From the NCBI RefSeq assembly GCF_006345805.1, contig NC_043011.1, positions 31,198,464-31,262,463 of the forward strand: 64,000 nt of DNA. The letters are read 5' to 3'. The notes beneath the pieces are model-generated. The model saw only the letters and a list, made by a program, of their open reading frames with translations, was not told where the DNA came from and ran no database searches. Shown piece by piece: positions 1 to 12,385 of this stretch (its first letter is position 1; each line of letters opens with the position of its first letter). The position numbers were made by a program, and so were the translations under genes. This DNA comes from Octopus sinensis (lineage: Eukaryota).

Positions 1-1184
1 TCACTCCCTGAAGTAGTGAAGAAGTTCGCTACCCACTACCTTTTCAAGTAATGTTAAATTATTATCAAATTTTTCATTTTTTTAATTGTTATTTATATAT
101 TTATTTTTAACCACTAATCTGCTATTACCACTGCCTCTGCTACTGCTGAAAATGATATTGCTGCTGCTGCTAATGATAAATGCGGGGCCCCTGTATGAAA
201 ATTAGTGGTTAAAAATAAATATATAAATAACATTAAAAAAAAAGAAGAAAAATTTAATAATTTAACATTACTGTCCTTCATCTAGGCTCGCAAAATTACA
301 CGAAAACGTATAACTAATGTTCTAAACGACCAGTCACAATCACCTTCCTCCGAGAGCATTAGATTAATTAAATCATAACTGCGCCACAAGCTGGACTAAA
401 AGTATTTCACCCAACGACACAGAAAATTGAATTAACAAAATCAACATTCTAACTGCACGCCAAAATATGCCATATGTAGCTACTGGCTGGCAAAGAAATC
501 GCTGAAAAGAAAAATCCAGAAACTGAAAGAAAACGTCTTTTTTTCTATTTTATTAAAACCTTAAAACTAAAACATTACTAACCATATCGTATGGCAATGT
601 CTAAGACAAGGTATGAATGTCGAATACGTTACGTTTGTGGATGAATACAATTTGTAAAAAAAAAAAAAAAAAAAAAAGGGCGAAAACACAAGACGATAGC
701 TGCTTATTGTGGAGACTTTGGAAAATAACATTTTCCACGATAATAAGCAGCTCCACTGTATTTTAAAAAGTATTTTCGTTTGATAGTACTTATATGTGAA
801 TTGAATGAAAGTAAACTTCAATTGTAAAAACTTTATATGATAATTTAGGTTACAGAAATTCTAAATCAAAACAAAATTCGGCGCGAACACGGTAACGTAC
901 TGTCGCTCACAATTCATTCATCAATATACTTTCCCGCTGTCTGTAAGTGTTTACCTAACATACTAAAAATAGCAGGTAATCAAACTTTAAATAGTTTTAG
1001 CTGCTGTTTTTTTGTATGTTCGACGACCATCTAAAGGCCTCCATCTTCGGGCTAAAAAAGCTGGACTATGGCGGGAAAGTATGATTTCGCGGTTTATCTT
1101 CAATGGTCTTCTTCCACATAAGTACCACTGCCCTTGCCATTAATTAATGAAAATATTTCTTGACAATAACAGTAAATATTTTTT

Positions 1185-1490
1185 TTTTGTTTCAGTCATT
1201 GGGCTGCGGCCACGCTGGGTCATCGCCTTGAAGAATTTAGTCGAACAGATCGACCCCAGTACTTTATCCTCTTTTGCCGCACCGCTAATGCGCGGAGACG
1301 TAAGCAAACCAACACCGATAAGTGGTGGTAGGAGACAAAAGGCCAATTACACATACATATACGACGGGCTTCCACACAATTTCCGCTTGCCAAATCCACT
1401 CACAAAGCTTTGGTCGACCCAAGACTATAGTAGACACTTGTTCAAGGTGTCACGCAGTGGGAATGAACCTGAAACCACGTGCCTATAAGA
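1185..1490 (-). mobile_element. tRNA-derived CORE-type SINE (family A), diverged copy
   Basis: Same body as the copies at 20745, 22511 and 38662. Confidence 0.75.
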
Positions 1491-2747
1491 ACTTTTAGAT
1501 AAGCATGTCTTTGAAACAAAGCAGGCGTGACTTCCCAACCACTGGATGGCACCTTGAGCAATTGTCTTTTACGACAGCCTCGAGCCAACAAAAGCATTAC
1601 GAGTGCCATTGGTAGACGAAAAGTGAAAAAAGCCCGACATGTATACAAGTGTCCAACCACCACATGACAACCAGCGTTGGTTTGTTTACGGCCACATAAC
1701 TGATTTGGCAAAAAGGTACTGATGAAATAAAGTACCAGGCTTTTAAAAAAGTACTGGGTAGATTCGTTCATCTAAAAACTCTTCAAGCATAGTTATGATC
1801 TTAATGACTGAAACAAAATAAAAGAAATAGAAACGTTTTTAAAAAGTGCTAAAATTTTACTTCTTCGAGAATTTTTCTTCTTTTACATTCTTTCATTCTT
1901 ACAACTTAATTTTGTTACAAGCCTAAGTCTTTTGTATTTCATTCATACACGTCCCTAAAGCGAAGGGTGATCCACTTATTTTTAGATTTATTAAAACTTA
2001 CGGAAGAAAAGTCTTGCCTTTGAAGCCTTCTTAAGAGGAATGTAAATGTCCCAATTAGAAATCTAGATATAAAGTTACAGGGTATACATAACGCATCAGA
2101 ATTTAGTGAAAAAAGAAGTTTCAACCAAATAGCAATATTTTATTAGTTTGATATTTAAATGGCTTAACGACACCAGTGTCCCCCACCGTAGCTTTGTTGC
2201 TTTCAGAAAAATGGATTTTCTATCGCCATTTAGTGAAAAATAAGTTTAAATCTAGTCAGAACAATATTTAATTAACATATATGTTTCCCCACCCAAAAAC
2301 TGACTTTATATCTGTTCACCCTAACTCCAACCATATCACTCGCGCCAATTTTTAAAAAAAAAGCCCACGCGTCATATTTATTTTTCTTTTCTGTAGATTA
2401 GAAAATAAAAATCACACAGAAAAAATTTCGGTACTATTTAAATACAGAGGTCCCGACGCATCTACGTAACCCTAATCCTAACGAGTTACGTTGATGCATA
2501 GACTCCGGTTTTTAAGTAGCGCCAAAATTTATTGAAGTCTTGAAAACTAGAATTGGTTTGTTTACAGCTCCGGAACTTACTGGTTCAGCATAAGCGACCA
2601 ATAGAATAATTACTAAGCATTAATGGAAAAAGAGTATTGCGGTCGATTCGTTCGACTAAAGCCCTTTAAGGCGGGTGCCCCAGCATGGCCGTACCCTCGT
2701 GAGAGAAAACAAGTAAATATAAGATGTAATAGCAATTGTAAAATTAC

Positions 2748-2845
2748 CTGTAAAGGTCGTATCCAGCAGCTTGCGGCGATCCTCGAGTTGGAATGAATGC
2801 ATTTTGACTAAGTCTTGCGAATTTTACAACTTGTTTTGCAGGCAT
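2748..2845 (-). CDS. DUT: dUTPase, first coding exon (MPAKQVVKFARLSQNAFIPTRGSPQAAGYDLYS); remaining exons not found in window (probably left of base 1)
   Basis: Manual minus-strand translation matches the N-terminus and motif 1 of eukaryotic dUTPases (human LRFARLSEHATAPTRGSARAAGYDLYS); ends TAC AG|gtaatt (phase 2); in-frame TGA 4 codons upstream of the ATG. Confidence 0.93.
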
Positions 2846-2891
2846 TTTGCTGTTTCAATAATAGAGGGGTTAGAGATGCAAAGTCGAAAAA

Positions 2892-2899
2892 GCGGGAAA
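2892..2899 (-). promoter_or_regulatory. E2F consensus site (TTTCCCGC) about 50 nt upstream of the DUT ATG
   Basis: Exact TTTSSCGC match; dUTPase is a known E2F/S-phase gene; an ETS-like CCGGAA lies at about 2919-2924. Confidence 0.55.
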
Positions 2900-3240
2900 C
2901 GATCGCAGGCGGTGAAATTTCCGGTTCCTTTCTAATAAATAAATAGAATAATAAATAAATAAATATATAGTGTGGGAGACAGACAGTATGTTGTGTAAGT
3001 GAAGTGCTTCCGTTAGTGTGTGCGAAGAGACAGAGAGAGTAATGTGTGAAAGAGAGAGATAACTGAATTTTTTTACTCGGTGTATGTGTATATGTATGTC
3101 TGCATGTATGTGTGTGTGTATGTATCTATGTATGTGTGTGTGTGGTGTGTGTTTGTGTATGTATGTGTGTGTGTATGTATGATGTATGTATGTATGGCCG
3201 ATTCAGTGTTTACATTTTTTACGGAAATCCACGGAAACCG

Positions 3241-5139
3241 GTTAATATAGGGCGTAACAAATATCAGAAAATCAAAAAAAAAATGTGTGTAATAGGTGTA
3301 AAACAACTCGCTATGAAAGAATATGAAAAAAAAAATTCGCGCACGCGAACTGGGGGTGGGGGAGAGGCCTCGGAAAATTCACATCGGGAAGTTCCGAAAG
3401 CGTCTGAGGGGCTGACCCGGGCACCAAAACAAAAAAAAAATAGTGTAATATGTGTAAAACAACTTGCTCTAAACGAATATGAAAAAAAAATGCGCTCTCG
3501 AGAAAGAGGGGTGGGGGAGAGGCCTCGGAATATTTATATCGGGAATTTCCGAAAGCGTCTGAACCTGGCACAAAAACAAAAACAGCGTAATAGTTGTAAA
3601 ACAACTTGCTCTAAACGACTATCATGAAAAAAATGCGCGCTCGCGAAAGGGGGGGTGGGGGAGAGGCTTCGGAAATTTCACATCTTCAGTCCACGGCCTT
3701 TAAACTAAGAAAAAATAGTGTAATTGGTGTAAAACTACTTGTTCTAAACGAGTATCAAGAACACACACTCACACATGAATCATAAACTCCGTATTTCGCA
3801 AAAAAAAATAATAAAGAGAAGAAATTCTGGAAAAAGTGAAGAAATGTTGGATCTCCGCCATGTGAATCAAAATACGTGTCAGAAACATCTTGAAATACTA
3901 CAGAAATTATGTTACGAAAATGATAATGTATACATACCTCTGTGGGTGGTCCATCGATAATGATGATAAAGAATGAGTTGGATTTGAACTCAGAATATTG
4001 ACTAACACAACTACATACTACAAGACTCAAAATATTCAGCCAAGCCACCACCCTTTAACTAGCAATAATAATAACATCAATAACATAACAGCCAAAAGAT
4101 TTATTTGTTCTGAAAATAACAATCATAGTAAATAAATATGTTCTTTAATATTCACATTCATGTGCACAGTTAAACACACTTACATACAAACAGTCACGCA
4201 TGCATAATAGAACGGAACACATAAATGAAGGATGCATTACTTAGTATATATTACATCTAGAGAATTTTGATTAATAAGTCAAATATGCAAATTATAAAGA
4301 TAATTAATTGCTTTACTAAACAGTGTTGTAAAGGTGAAAGAATAAATTTGGGAAAAAAATACACGCCAAAACTAATTAATAAAGGATAATTAGGGAAGGA
4401 TTGACACAAAATAATAATTTTTTCTGATAAATGCATCTTAATAAGTGAGAAGAATTGCATATATCTGAACTATTTCAAAGAAAAGCATAAATTTAATGTT
4501 TAAAATAGCTTTAACCAGGAATGAGATCCAACATTTCTTCACTTTTTCCAGAATTTCTTCTCTTTATTTTTTTTTTTTGCGAAATACGGAGTTTATGATT
4601 CATGTGTGAGTGTGTGTTCTTGATACTCGTTTAGAACAAGTAGTTTTACACCAATTACACTATTTTTTCTTAGTTTAAAGGCCGTGGACTGAAGATGTGA
4701 AATTTCCGAAGCCTCTCCCCCACCCCCCTTTCGCGAGCACGCATTTTTTTCATGATAGTCGTTTAGAGCAAGTTGTTTTACACCTATTACGCTGTTTTTG
4801 TTTTTGTTTTTGTGCCAGGTTCAGACGCTTTCGGAAATTCCCGATATAAATATTCCGAGGCCTCTCCCCCACCCCTCTTTCTCGAGAGCGCATTTTTTTT
4901 TCATATTCGTTTAGAGCAAGTTGTTTTACACATATTACACTATTTTTTTTTTGTTTTGGTGCCCGGGTCAGCCCCTCAGACGCTTTCGGAAATTCCCGAT
5001 GTGAATTTTCCGAGGCCTCTCCCCCACCCCCAGTTCGCGTGCGCGAATTTTTTTTTTCATATTCTTTCATAGGGAGTTGTTTTACACCTATTACACACTT
5101 TTTTTTGATTTTCTGATATTTGTTACGCCCTATATTAAC
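3241..5139. mobile_element. Foldback element: about 615-bp near-identical inverted arms (3241..3855 / 4523..5139) around a 667-bp spacer
   Basis: Arms are reverse complements (ORF track gives the same peptide at 3112..3627+ and 4750..5070-); arms are built of about 120-160-bp subrepeats; TTAA at both outer ends (3242-45, 5135-38). Confidence 0.85.
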
Positions 5140-5775
5140 GACAAGCTACGACAAGCGAAACATCGCCAAGTATTGTTATTTCGTTCACATGTGTTCCTAC
5201 ATAAATATTTGGGGCGATCCTATTCATAATACCATAGTACCAGCTTTTTTTTTTCTTTCAGTAGATAAACATTAACCGATACTTCTATTAAAATATGAAT
5301 AAGGAACTAATGAGTATGTAAGAATCAAAAGGTGAACATGAGATAGCAAAATCAAGCATTCGTTTTGGATGCCAGGGAATTTTTGGGTAACTTTTAACTA
5401 AAGCGGTGTAATTTAAAATCAAGCCATCAATAACAGAATATATAAAATCACTTGGCTACCCTGAATGAGTGAAGCGAACAAGTAGAAGCTTCGAAATAGT
5501 TATTGTACTTGCAGAATTCTGGTTTAAACACCGCATATAATACATTTTTTATTTTGGGGAATTTTCAGAAAATTTTTACGAATGTGTTTTTTCGATAACA
5601 TGTATAATTAATTTATTAAGCTGTATAAACCACTCATTTCGAAAAGTAAACGTTTTGATTATTTATAGGAAAGATTTCGGAAGAATTAAATATATGGCAA
5701 TCTTTGAATAAAAGAGCAATTTCTTGGTTGTCCTTTCATTTCATTTTGTCGACTGCCGAGATTTTGTACATTTTC

Positions 5776-6480
5776 GGATCTTTTCCTTTTGAACGGCAGT
5801 TTTCGACACAATTTCTAGTTAACTAAACACTTTTAAACTTTGTATACTGGTAGAATGTGTCAAAATAAAACATTTTTTTCTCTTGGCTTTCTTGAGAAAA
5901 TTGTAATTTGTAAGTTTAACGTAGTTTAATTTTTCGAATTTTAACCAATCCTATGCCCTCTATTTAGCTAAAATCATTTGCTGCGTCTAAAACAGACAAC
6001 ATCTTGTCACTAACCCTAACTTTTAGCCTTTCGTTTTTCTTTGTTTTAATTGTTAAATTAATTTAAGGATAACAATTAAGAAAAAAAAACGAAAGCAATG
6101 AAAAATAATTTTAATTTGACAATTAAGAAAAAAAAACGTAAGGCTAAAACGAAAGCAAAAACATGACGAATAATTTTAGATACACGCGTAACAATTAAAT
6201 TAATTTAACAACTAAGAAAAAAAAACGAAAGGCTAAAATTTAGGGTTAGTGACAGGATGTCTCAGTTTCAGACGCAGCAAATGATTTTAGCTCACTAGAG
6301 GCGATTCATCGGTTAAAATTCGAAAAATTAAACTACGTTAAACTTACAAATTACAATTTTCTCAAGAAAGCCAAACGAAAAAATGTTTTATTTTGACACA
6401 TTCTACCAGTATACGAAGTTTAAAAGTGTTTAGTTAACTAGAAAATGTGTTGAAAACTGCCGTTCAAAAGGAAAAGATCC
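5776..6480. mobile_element. Non-autonomous DNA transposon with about 290-bp TIRs (GGATCTTTTC...GAAAAGATCC), Merlin-like family
   Basis: Long inverted arms; same termini as the 42650 and 44646 copies, which carry 8-bp TSDs. Confidence 0.8.
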
Positions 6481-7590
6481 ATGTTTCTGTTACGTTGGTT
6501 TAATTTTAATCTGCGTCGCTTTTTAATTAGTGGTTACATTCAATCCATAACTAGTAATATTCTTTAACCGCAGATCAGTCTTAATGGAGTGGGTCTTTAA
6601 TCAAAGGTATCCCACCATGTCTATTCCAGCTTTACTTTTTTTATTCATGCTTTTATTTTTTTAAAGGTAGGATTTGGTTAGACACATTTGGATTATCTTA
6701 TTTAGCATGTAAAGAAGCCGCTTACAGTATTATAAAAAGAATGAAATCTCATAGAGGTATCCTTGTAAATTCCCCGAGTATATGTTCTTAAATGAATAAT
6801 TATACACGTACCTGCACAGTTGTGTCCCGCCGACTTTTTTCTCGTAACTTGTAGAACCAGAATTTAATATGAGAAAAGAGAAAGTGATGCGTGCGCACAG
6901 ATATATATACGAGACTTCAATATTTTACCGATTTGCAAGTTTTGTTTCGTAGAGACGTGATGTATGTGACTATATATATGCGTACGCGCCAGCCATTTAT
7001 TTTTTATACATAGAATTCCAAAATCTATACCATCTGAAGCGTATATGTAGAACATTTCATTAAAAGACATCTATTTTTCTGAAAATTACAAGGAAACAAA
7101 GTCAGTGGTGTGCGAGCACACTTGATAAGTTTATTTTGTAAGGTATGGCTGTGTGGTTACAAAAAGTCGTTTTGTAACGTTCAGTTCCACTGCCCAGTAC
7201 CTTGGGGAAGTGTCTTCTATTATAGCTCCAGATTGACTAATTGTTTTGTGGGTTAATTTAGTAGACAGAAACTGGAGAAACCCAATGTATTCTGCACCAG
7301 TATTGCTAGAAATAAGAGTCAAAACGACTCAATAGGCACGGAAAGTACTATCTTAATGACTGACAAGGGAGGCAAGCTCTCTACAGCAGCGGACATAGCC
7401 ATGGTTATGTCTGTTGCTGTAGGAAGTTTGCCTTTCTCACTTAAGTGACATCTACACACACACATGTTAGAAGTAAATAGACACTCCATAAAACATCGTT
7501 TTCTGGTTATTCTAACTTGTAAAGGTTTATATTATATTTCTTATTAATTGACATTTTTATGTTTCATATTCTATATGTGACTGTTTAATC

Positions 7591-8130
7591 ATGCTATGTA
7601 CAAAAGAAGCCTTGGAAATGTCTGAATTTCAAAGAAGCCGTATTGTGGGTCATTCTGAAGGTGGATATAGCCAGCGTAAAATTGCAGAAAACCATGGGAT
7701 CCCACTTTCTACAGTTCATAGAGTGATTGTGCAATTCACCAGAGAGGGAAGGAGTCCACATCACCTATTCCGTATGAACTAGCGCCCTCTGACAGAACCC
7801 TTCCCTTTACTAAGAGAAGTGTGGAGGATAATCCTTGTTGCAAGACCTTTGGCATAGCAGAGCAAGTTGATGTCAGTCTCAGAACAGCTGTCAGGTATCT
7901 TCACAAACTTGGTTACTATTGCAAAGCAGGAAGAAGGAAGCCACATCTTTGACCAGCCAATATGAAGAAGAGAAAAGATTTGGCCAATGAGATGGCGGAG
8001 AGGCTACTAGCATTTTGGGACACTGTCATATTCTGTGATGAGTCCAGATTTGCTGTATTTCCTAACTGTTGTCGAGTGTGGGTCTGGAGACTCTGTGATC
8101 AAGAATTTGATGTGGCTTTAGGTTAAGTAG
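7591..8130 (+). mobile_element. Tc1-like transposase remnant (frameshifted)
   Basis: [37 protein letters not shown] (paired-like HTH), then ...FWDTVIFCDESRF...RVWVWR (first D of the DDE triad). Confidence 0.85.
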
Positions 8131-8289
8131 AAGGAAGATTGATGTGATTTACTTCTTGCAGAACATTTTGTTGGTTTTTTTCATAAGCTTAAAGAAAAGA
8201 GAAGTTATTCACTAGTGCAAACTCTAAAAAAGGGAGTAAAACTCATCTAGCTTGTGCTTAATCATTCTGAAAATCACTTAAATGTGGAT

Positions 8290-8830
8290 AACCATGATTT
8301 AAAATACATAAGCTCTTTTCTCTGTTTGGGTATTAGAATTAAAGCAACTGCTACCTCGAATGATAAGATCGATAAGAGATTGTCAAAAGCAACTGCTTCC
8401 TTTAGTAAATTACAGCACCATGACTGGAGCAAGAGAGTAGTGGCATATCCAGAGATGGTAGCTCTTCAGTTTGCTGTCTTCCTTGTCACTTGACAGTCAT
8501 ATACATCAGAACCAAAAAGCCAAAACTGCCACACCCATAAAAGCACTGCCTAGGGCAAACTGGTCACATCACTCCCCACTCTGTTACTGCAAGAGAGCCC
8601 TAACTTTGAAGACAAAAATTGATGCATATCAAGTTGTAGTCCCTACTATCTTGCTCTAGGGATCTGAGACTTGGACTCTTATAGGTCCCATATGGAACAA
8701 TTAGACATCTTCCCTGAGTCCCTGATGTTGGTCTTTTGAAGAAATGTAGTATCTCAGATATTGAAGCTATTCTAATCCAGTTTCAGCTTTGATGTTTTTT
8801 TTTTCATTTAATTCAGATGGGTAAGGAATG
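8290..8830 (+). mobile_element. RTE-clade LINE fragment, degenerate RT C-terminus
   Basis: DKRLSKATASFSKL and LTLKTKIDAYQVVVPTILL*GSETWTL resemble the RTE motif TKI.VY.AVVL..LLYGSETWT. Confidence 0.7.
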
Positions 8831-9369
8831 CTTGCTCAAAATTCTCCTACTTTTTAAAATTTTTAGTCAGGAGGGAAGGCAATAAAGAAAATGCATTGGC
8901 ATGTGTATATACTTACATAAATTTATATATGTATGGATGAGAGAGAGAGAGAGAGAGAGAATTATACATTTGTTCCATGACAAACAAAACTGCAAAGTAG
9001 CCCTTTACAACTATTTTATTTACATTTTCAAATAGTTGCTAAACCAATACAGCTGTGACAAACTATATTGATCATCACAAATAAACATACTTGCTTGGAA
9101 GATCTCATAGAATATATATCATGCTCAGTTGCTATCAACATTTCAGTCATGTGTGATCACATAATTGGTAGTTTGTGAAATTAGTGAGAGCTAACAGTGA
9201 AGAAGATGTAATGTCTATGAGGCTATTTTACCCGCCCCCACCCCTGGCAAATCAATGCACTGGGCCCAATAATATCTATCTATTGACAGCACGTCACAGC
9301 ATATACAGATCAGAATTGGGTCCCAAGACCCACGAGGCCTTAAGACCCTTAAGACAGCACCAACCTTCT

Positions 9370-10930
9370 GTTCCAGTAATGTGAGAAGTAGAGCCAGTGT
9401 TGCTCCCTTTCCAGCTTTCTTTGTGATGTTTATGTGCAGTAACAGAAGAGAAAGGTATTCATGCTACCCACTGATATCTACATGAGCTTTCAATGCTGAC
9501 TTCAGTTGATAAAGAAAATGTTTCACCATGCTGCTAGCTGGATGGTAAGAGTAGTAGAAGTTCCATTGTGTGTAGCAATTATGTCAGTTGCACAAATAAG
9601 CTGGACTTGAACTTGAACTGCTGTAACCTATAAGTTGTAACGTTAGATTGTATGCTGTATCTAGAAACTTTGTAATGTACACAACTGTGACAGCTGTCTC
9701 AATTGGAATGTAGGTGAGTGGACTAATATAAAGCCATCTGGTTTACTTGTTGAGACGTGTGAGCAGATAATTAAGTCCATGTGAAGGTGAAAGTGGTCCC
9801 AAAATATCAACATGAAGTAAAGGTGGACAATGGTGATGCAGTTTCTGGCCCAGTTACGAGTATCTTTGTTGATACCATGGCCTCAGGAAGCATGGTGATA
9901 TCTTTTGTGTTGAATTGTTATCTGAGTGTCACAAACAGTAGAATCCATTGAAAATCTCCCTTCTGAATCCATTGAAATCCTCTGGGACACAAAAAGGTGT
10001 TTCATAAGCATTGGCAATACCAAACCAAACCAAACCAAACCAAACATATCTAGTTGATGAAGAAAGTGGCACCTGCTTGACTGTTAACGAAGGTGAAGAA
10101 TTTGCTGTCAAAAGAAAGCTCTTTGTGATTCTGTGATTTTATTTGAACTGATGGACAATGAAGTGTGTAGAGCATTTGTATGTCTGATGACAGTTGTAAG
10201 TGGGGAAATATAAAGGATGTTACCAATCCCTCTTGTTGAATGGCAATCACACCTGGACCAAAGTCTATGCAGATGACAAAAATATAATCCTCTAACAGGT
10301 GATGGAAGTAACTTAAGCAGAGATTGTCAATAAATTTCCTTCTGACAGTGCTATATCTTGCTTCTGTTAGTTACAAACTCTTGGGGGGGGGGAACAGGTG
10401 AGTGGATGCTAGGCTTTATTCACCATCTGGTGTAAAATGTTAACATTCAATGCATCTGTTAATAAGTATAGTGGTGTGTCTGCTCAGTAATGAACCAGAA
10501 GCAAACCCCTCTTTTGTTTTCCTAAAATAAACAAGTTTGCATGCATTTGAAAGTGACTGGTTGATTTTTCTTCTTTCTATTCTTGAGCATGTTGGTGAGC
10601 TGTCGTAAAGCCTCAGCATGGCTGGGGATGAAACAGCAAAAGAAGATTTTTGTAACTGAGAAATTCTCTTAACTTAAGCAGTAAATTGTGTGCTGGACGT
10701 TCTTGAATGACTCTCAGCTTCTCCTCAAATGGATGGGTCCCCTTTTTTGTCAATGATAATACTCAGAAACATCAGCGATGTAGCACTGAACAAACACTTA
10801 CTTGAATAGAAGATTGCTAAACTAGGGGATAAAAAAAAATATTAGGCTTATGGGCTTTTGTCTCTCCTTGTGCAAAGTATTTTACTCATCTTGTCTTTGA
10901 GACATACTGTCAGTTGTATTCTCTTTGGGA
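9370..10930 (-). mobile_element. Decayed Ty3/gypsy LTR-retrotransposon pol (RT-RNaseH-integrase)
   Basis: Minus-strand fragments VQCYIADV (YxDD remnant), NHKELSF (TDHKPL), LHVDILGPLSPSHGLNYLLT and SYHPAS..MVKHF..QLKSALKAH (integrase core), in gypsy domain order, with many stops and frameshifts. Confidence 0.8.
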
Positions 10931-11129
10931 ATACAACACAACTGGTAAGGTTAAAAATACAATGATTCTATGATTGGGGAAAATTACACTCACCCTTAAA
11001 TAAGTTTACATTTTGAAAGTTTATAGCATGGTATAGACCAGTGCTCAGCAACTTTTTTTCACTTGCGGTACATTTATATTCTGTTCACCTGAGCCAAAAA
11101 TATAACTAAAAGTATAGGGGGGAAAATCA

Positions 11130-11325
11130 CAGAGGGGACAAACAAGGACAGACAAAGGGATTAAGTCGATTACATTGACCCCAGTGCGTAACTGGTACTT
11201 AATTTATCGACCCCGAAAGGATGAAAGGCAAAGTCGACCTCGGCGGAATTTGAACTCAGAACGTAACGGCAGACGAAATACCGCTAAGCATTTCGCCCGG
11301 CGTGCTAACGTGTCTGCCAGCTCGC
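11130..11325 (-). mobile_element. SINE family C (GGCGAGCTGGCAGA...GGGTCGATAAATTAAGTACC); further copies near 13310, 19590, 27575(+), 36770, 43220, 52690, 57350
   Basis: Recurrent body of about 200 bp with a B-box-like GAGTTCAAATTCC. Confidence 0.75.
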
Positions 11326-11873
11326 TGGTATAGACTGACAAATGATGTATGTATGAGCAAAACAATGGGTGGGCAATCACGAATTATTCAACTAGGCACT
11401 ACTTATCTCCCTTTATATTTTGATCAAGTTGAAATACTTGCACTACTTTTCGATTAAATCAATGTAAAGATGAAAAAAAATGTGCTTGTTTCTTTTCTAG
11501 AAAGTTGTTCATACATGCTTCTAAGTGCAAGAGTCAAACAAAAATATATGGTGAGCATAAAGTCGAAGAGAGGAAGGAGAAAAAAATAAACCAAAGTAAA
11601 ACCAATAAGGGAAGTGAGACTAGAAACCTTATATTTAATTTACCTGCTAAGTGATTAATTTGGCTACACAGCAACTTTTCTTTTATTACATGAGCCTTTG
11701 CATTAATGAGCATAAAATGTGTAAGCATGTGTGTGTGCTGGGTATACAAACATATATACATACACATACGTAGACGTATGTGTATGTATGAAATATATAT
11801 ACATAGAGAAAAATCTATTTTCATTTGGTTTTATTGGTATTAGAAAGTAAGGTTATTAAGGTTATATATATAT

Positions 11874-12385
11874 ACTAGCAGTATCGCCCGGCGTTGCTCG
11901 GGTTTGTAAGGAAAATAACTATATAAGCATTTTTAGAGACTTACTTCCCTTATAGATGCCAATTCGGGCTTTCTTAGCAATTTCTGTTTTGGTGTCTTCA
12001 AGCCATGAAGTCGTTGTTCTAAAAGAACGCTAGTCTCCTTGACAACGCTTTACGACGTTGATTTCCTTACAGTCCCTTCCCCACAGCTTCACGAGGGAGG
12101 GAAGAAGGGGGAGAAGCAAACACAGGTGCAGGTGTTTGAGCGTGGACGCCAACTCCGCCGCCATCGACACACGAAAAATTATGCATTAAAATGGAATAAA
12201 AAATGATGTTAAATTATTTTTAAAATCGTAGACTCATCGTAGATGCGCGCTAATAGCCAGACGGGCTCGATATTAATCACGACTATAAGATACCCGAATT
12301 TGGTTAAACTGCACCGCAAAATGTGGGAGGAGTTAGGAATCTAAATCGAAGGGGACAGACACTCACACAACTAGAGTTTTATATA
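11874..12385 (+). mobile_element. Helentron-associated non-autonomous element (HINE/DINE-1-like)
   Basis: Starts ACTAGCAGTATCGCCCGGCGTTGCTCGGGT (short stem-loop), ends ...GACAGACAC..TTTTATATA; inserted in (TA)n; same 5' end at 52092 and 53502. Confidence 0.65.

Noticed and set aside
47-272. 72-bp AT-rich inverted repeat around an 82-bp spacer
   Set aside because: Real, but most likely an ordinary decayed MITE; no TSD or function inferable.
3112-5072. Pairs of ORFs with identical translations on opposite strands (3112..3627+/4750..5070-; 3311..3604-/4773..5072+)
   Set aside because: A by-product of the inverted repeat; low-complexity peptides with no domain or splice support.
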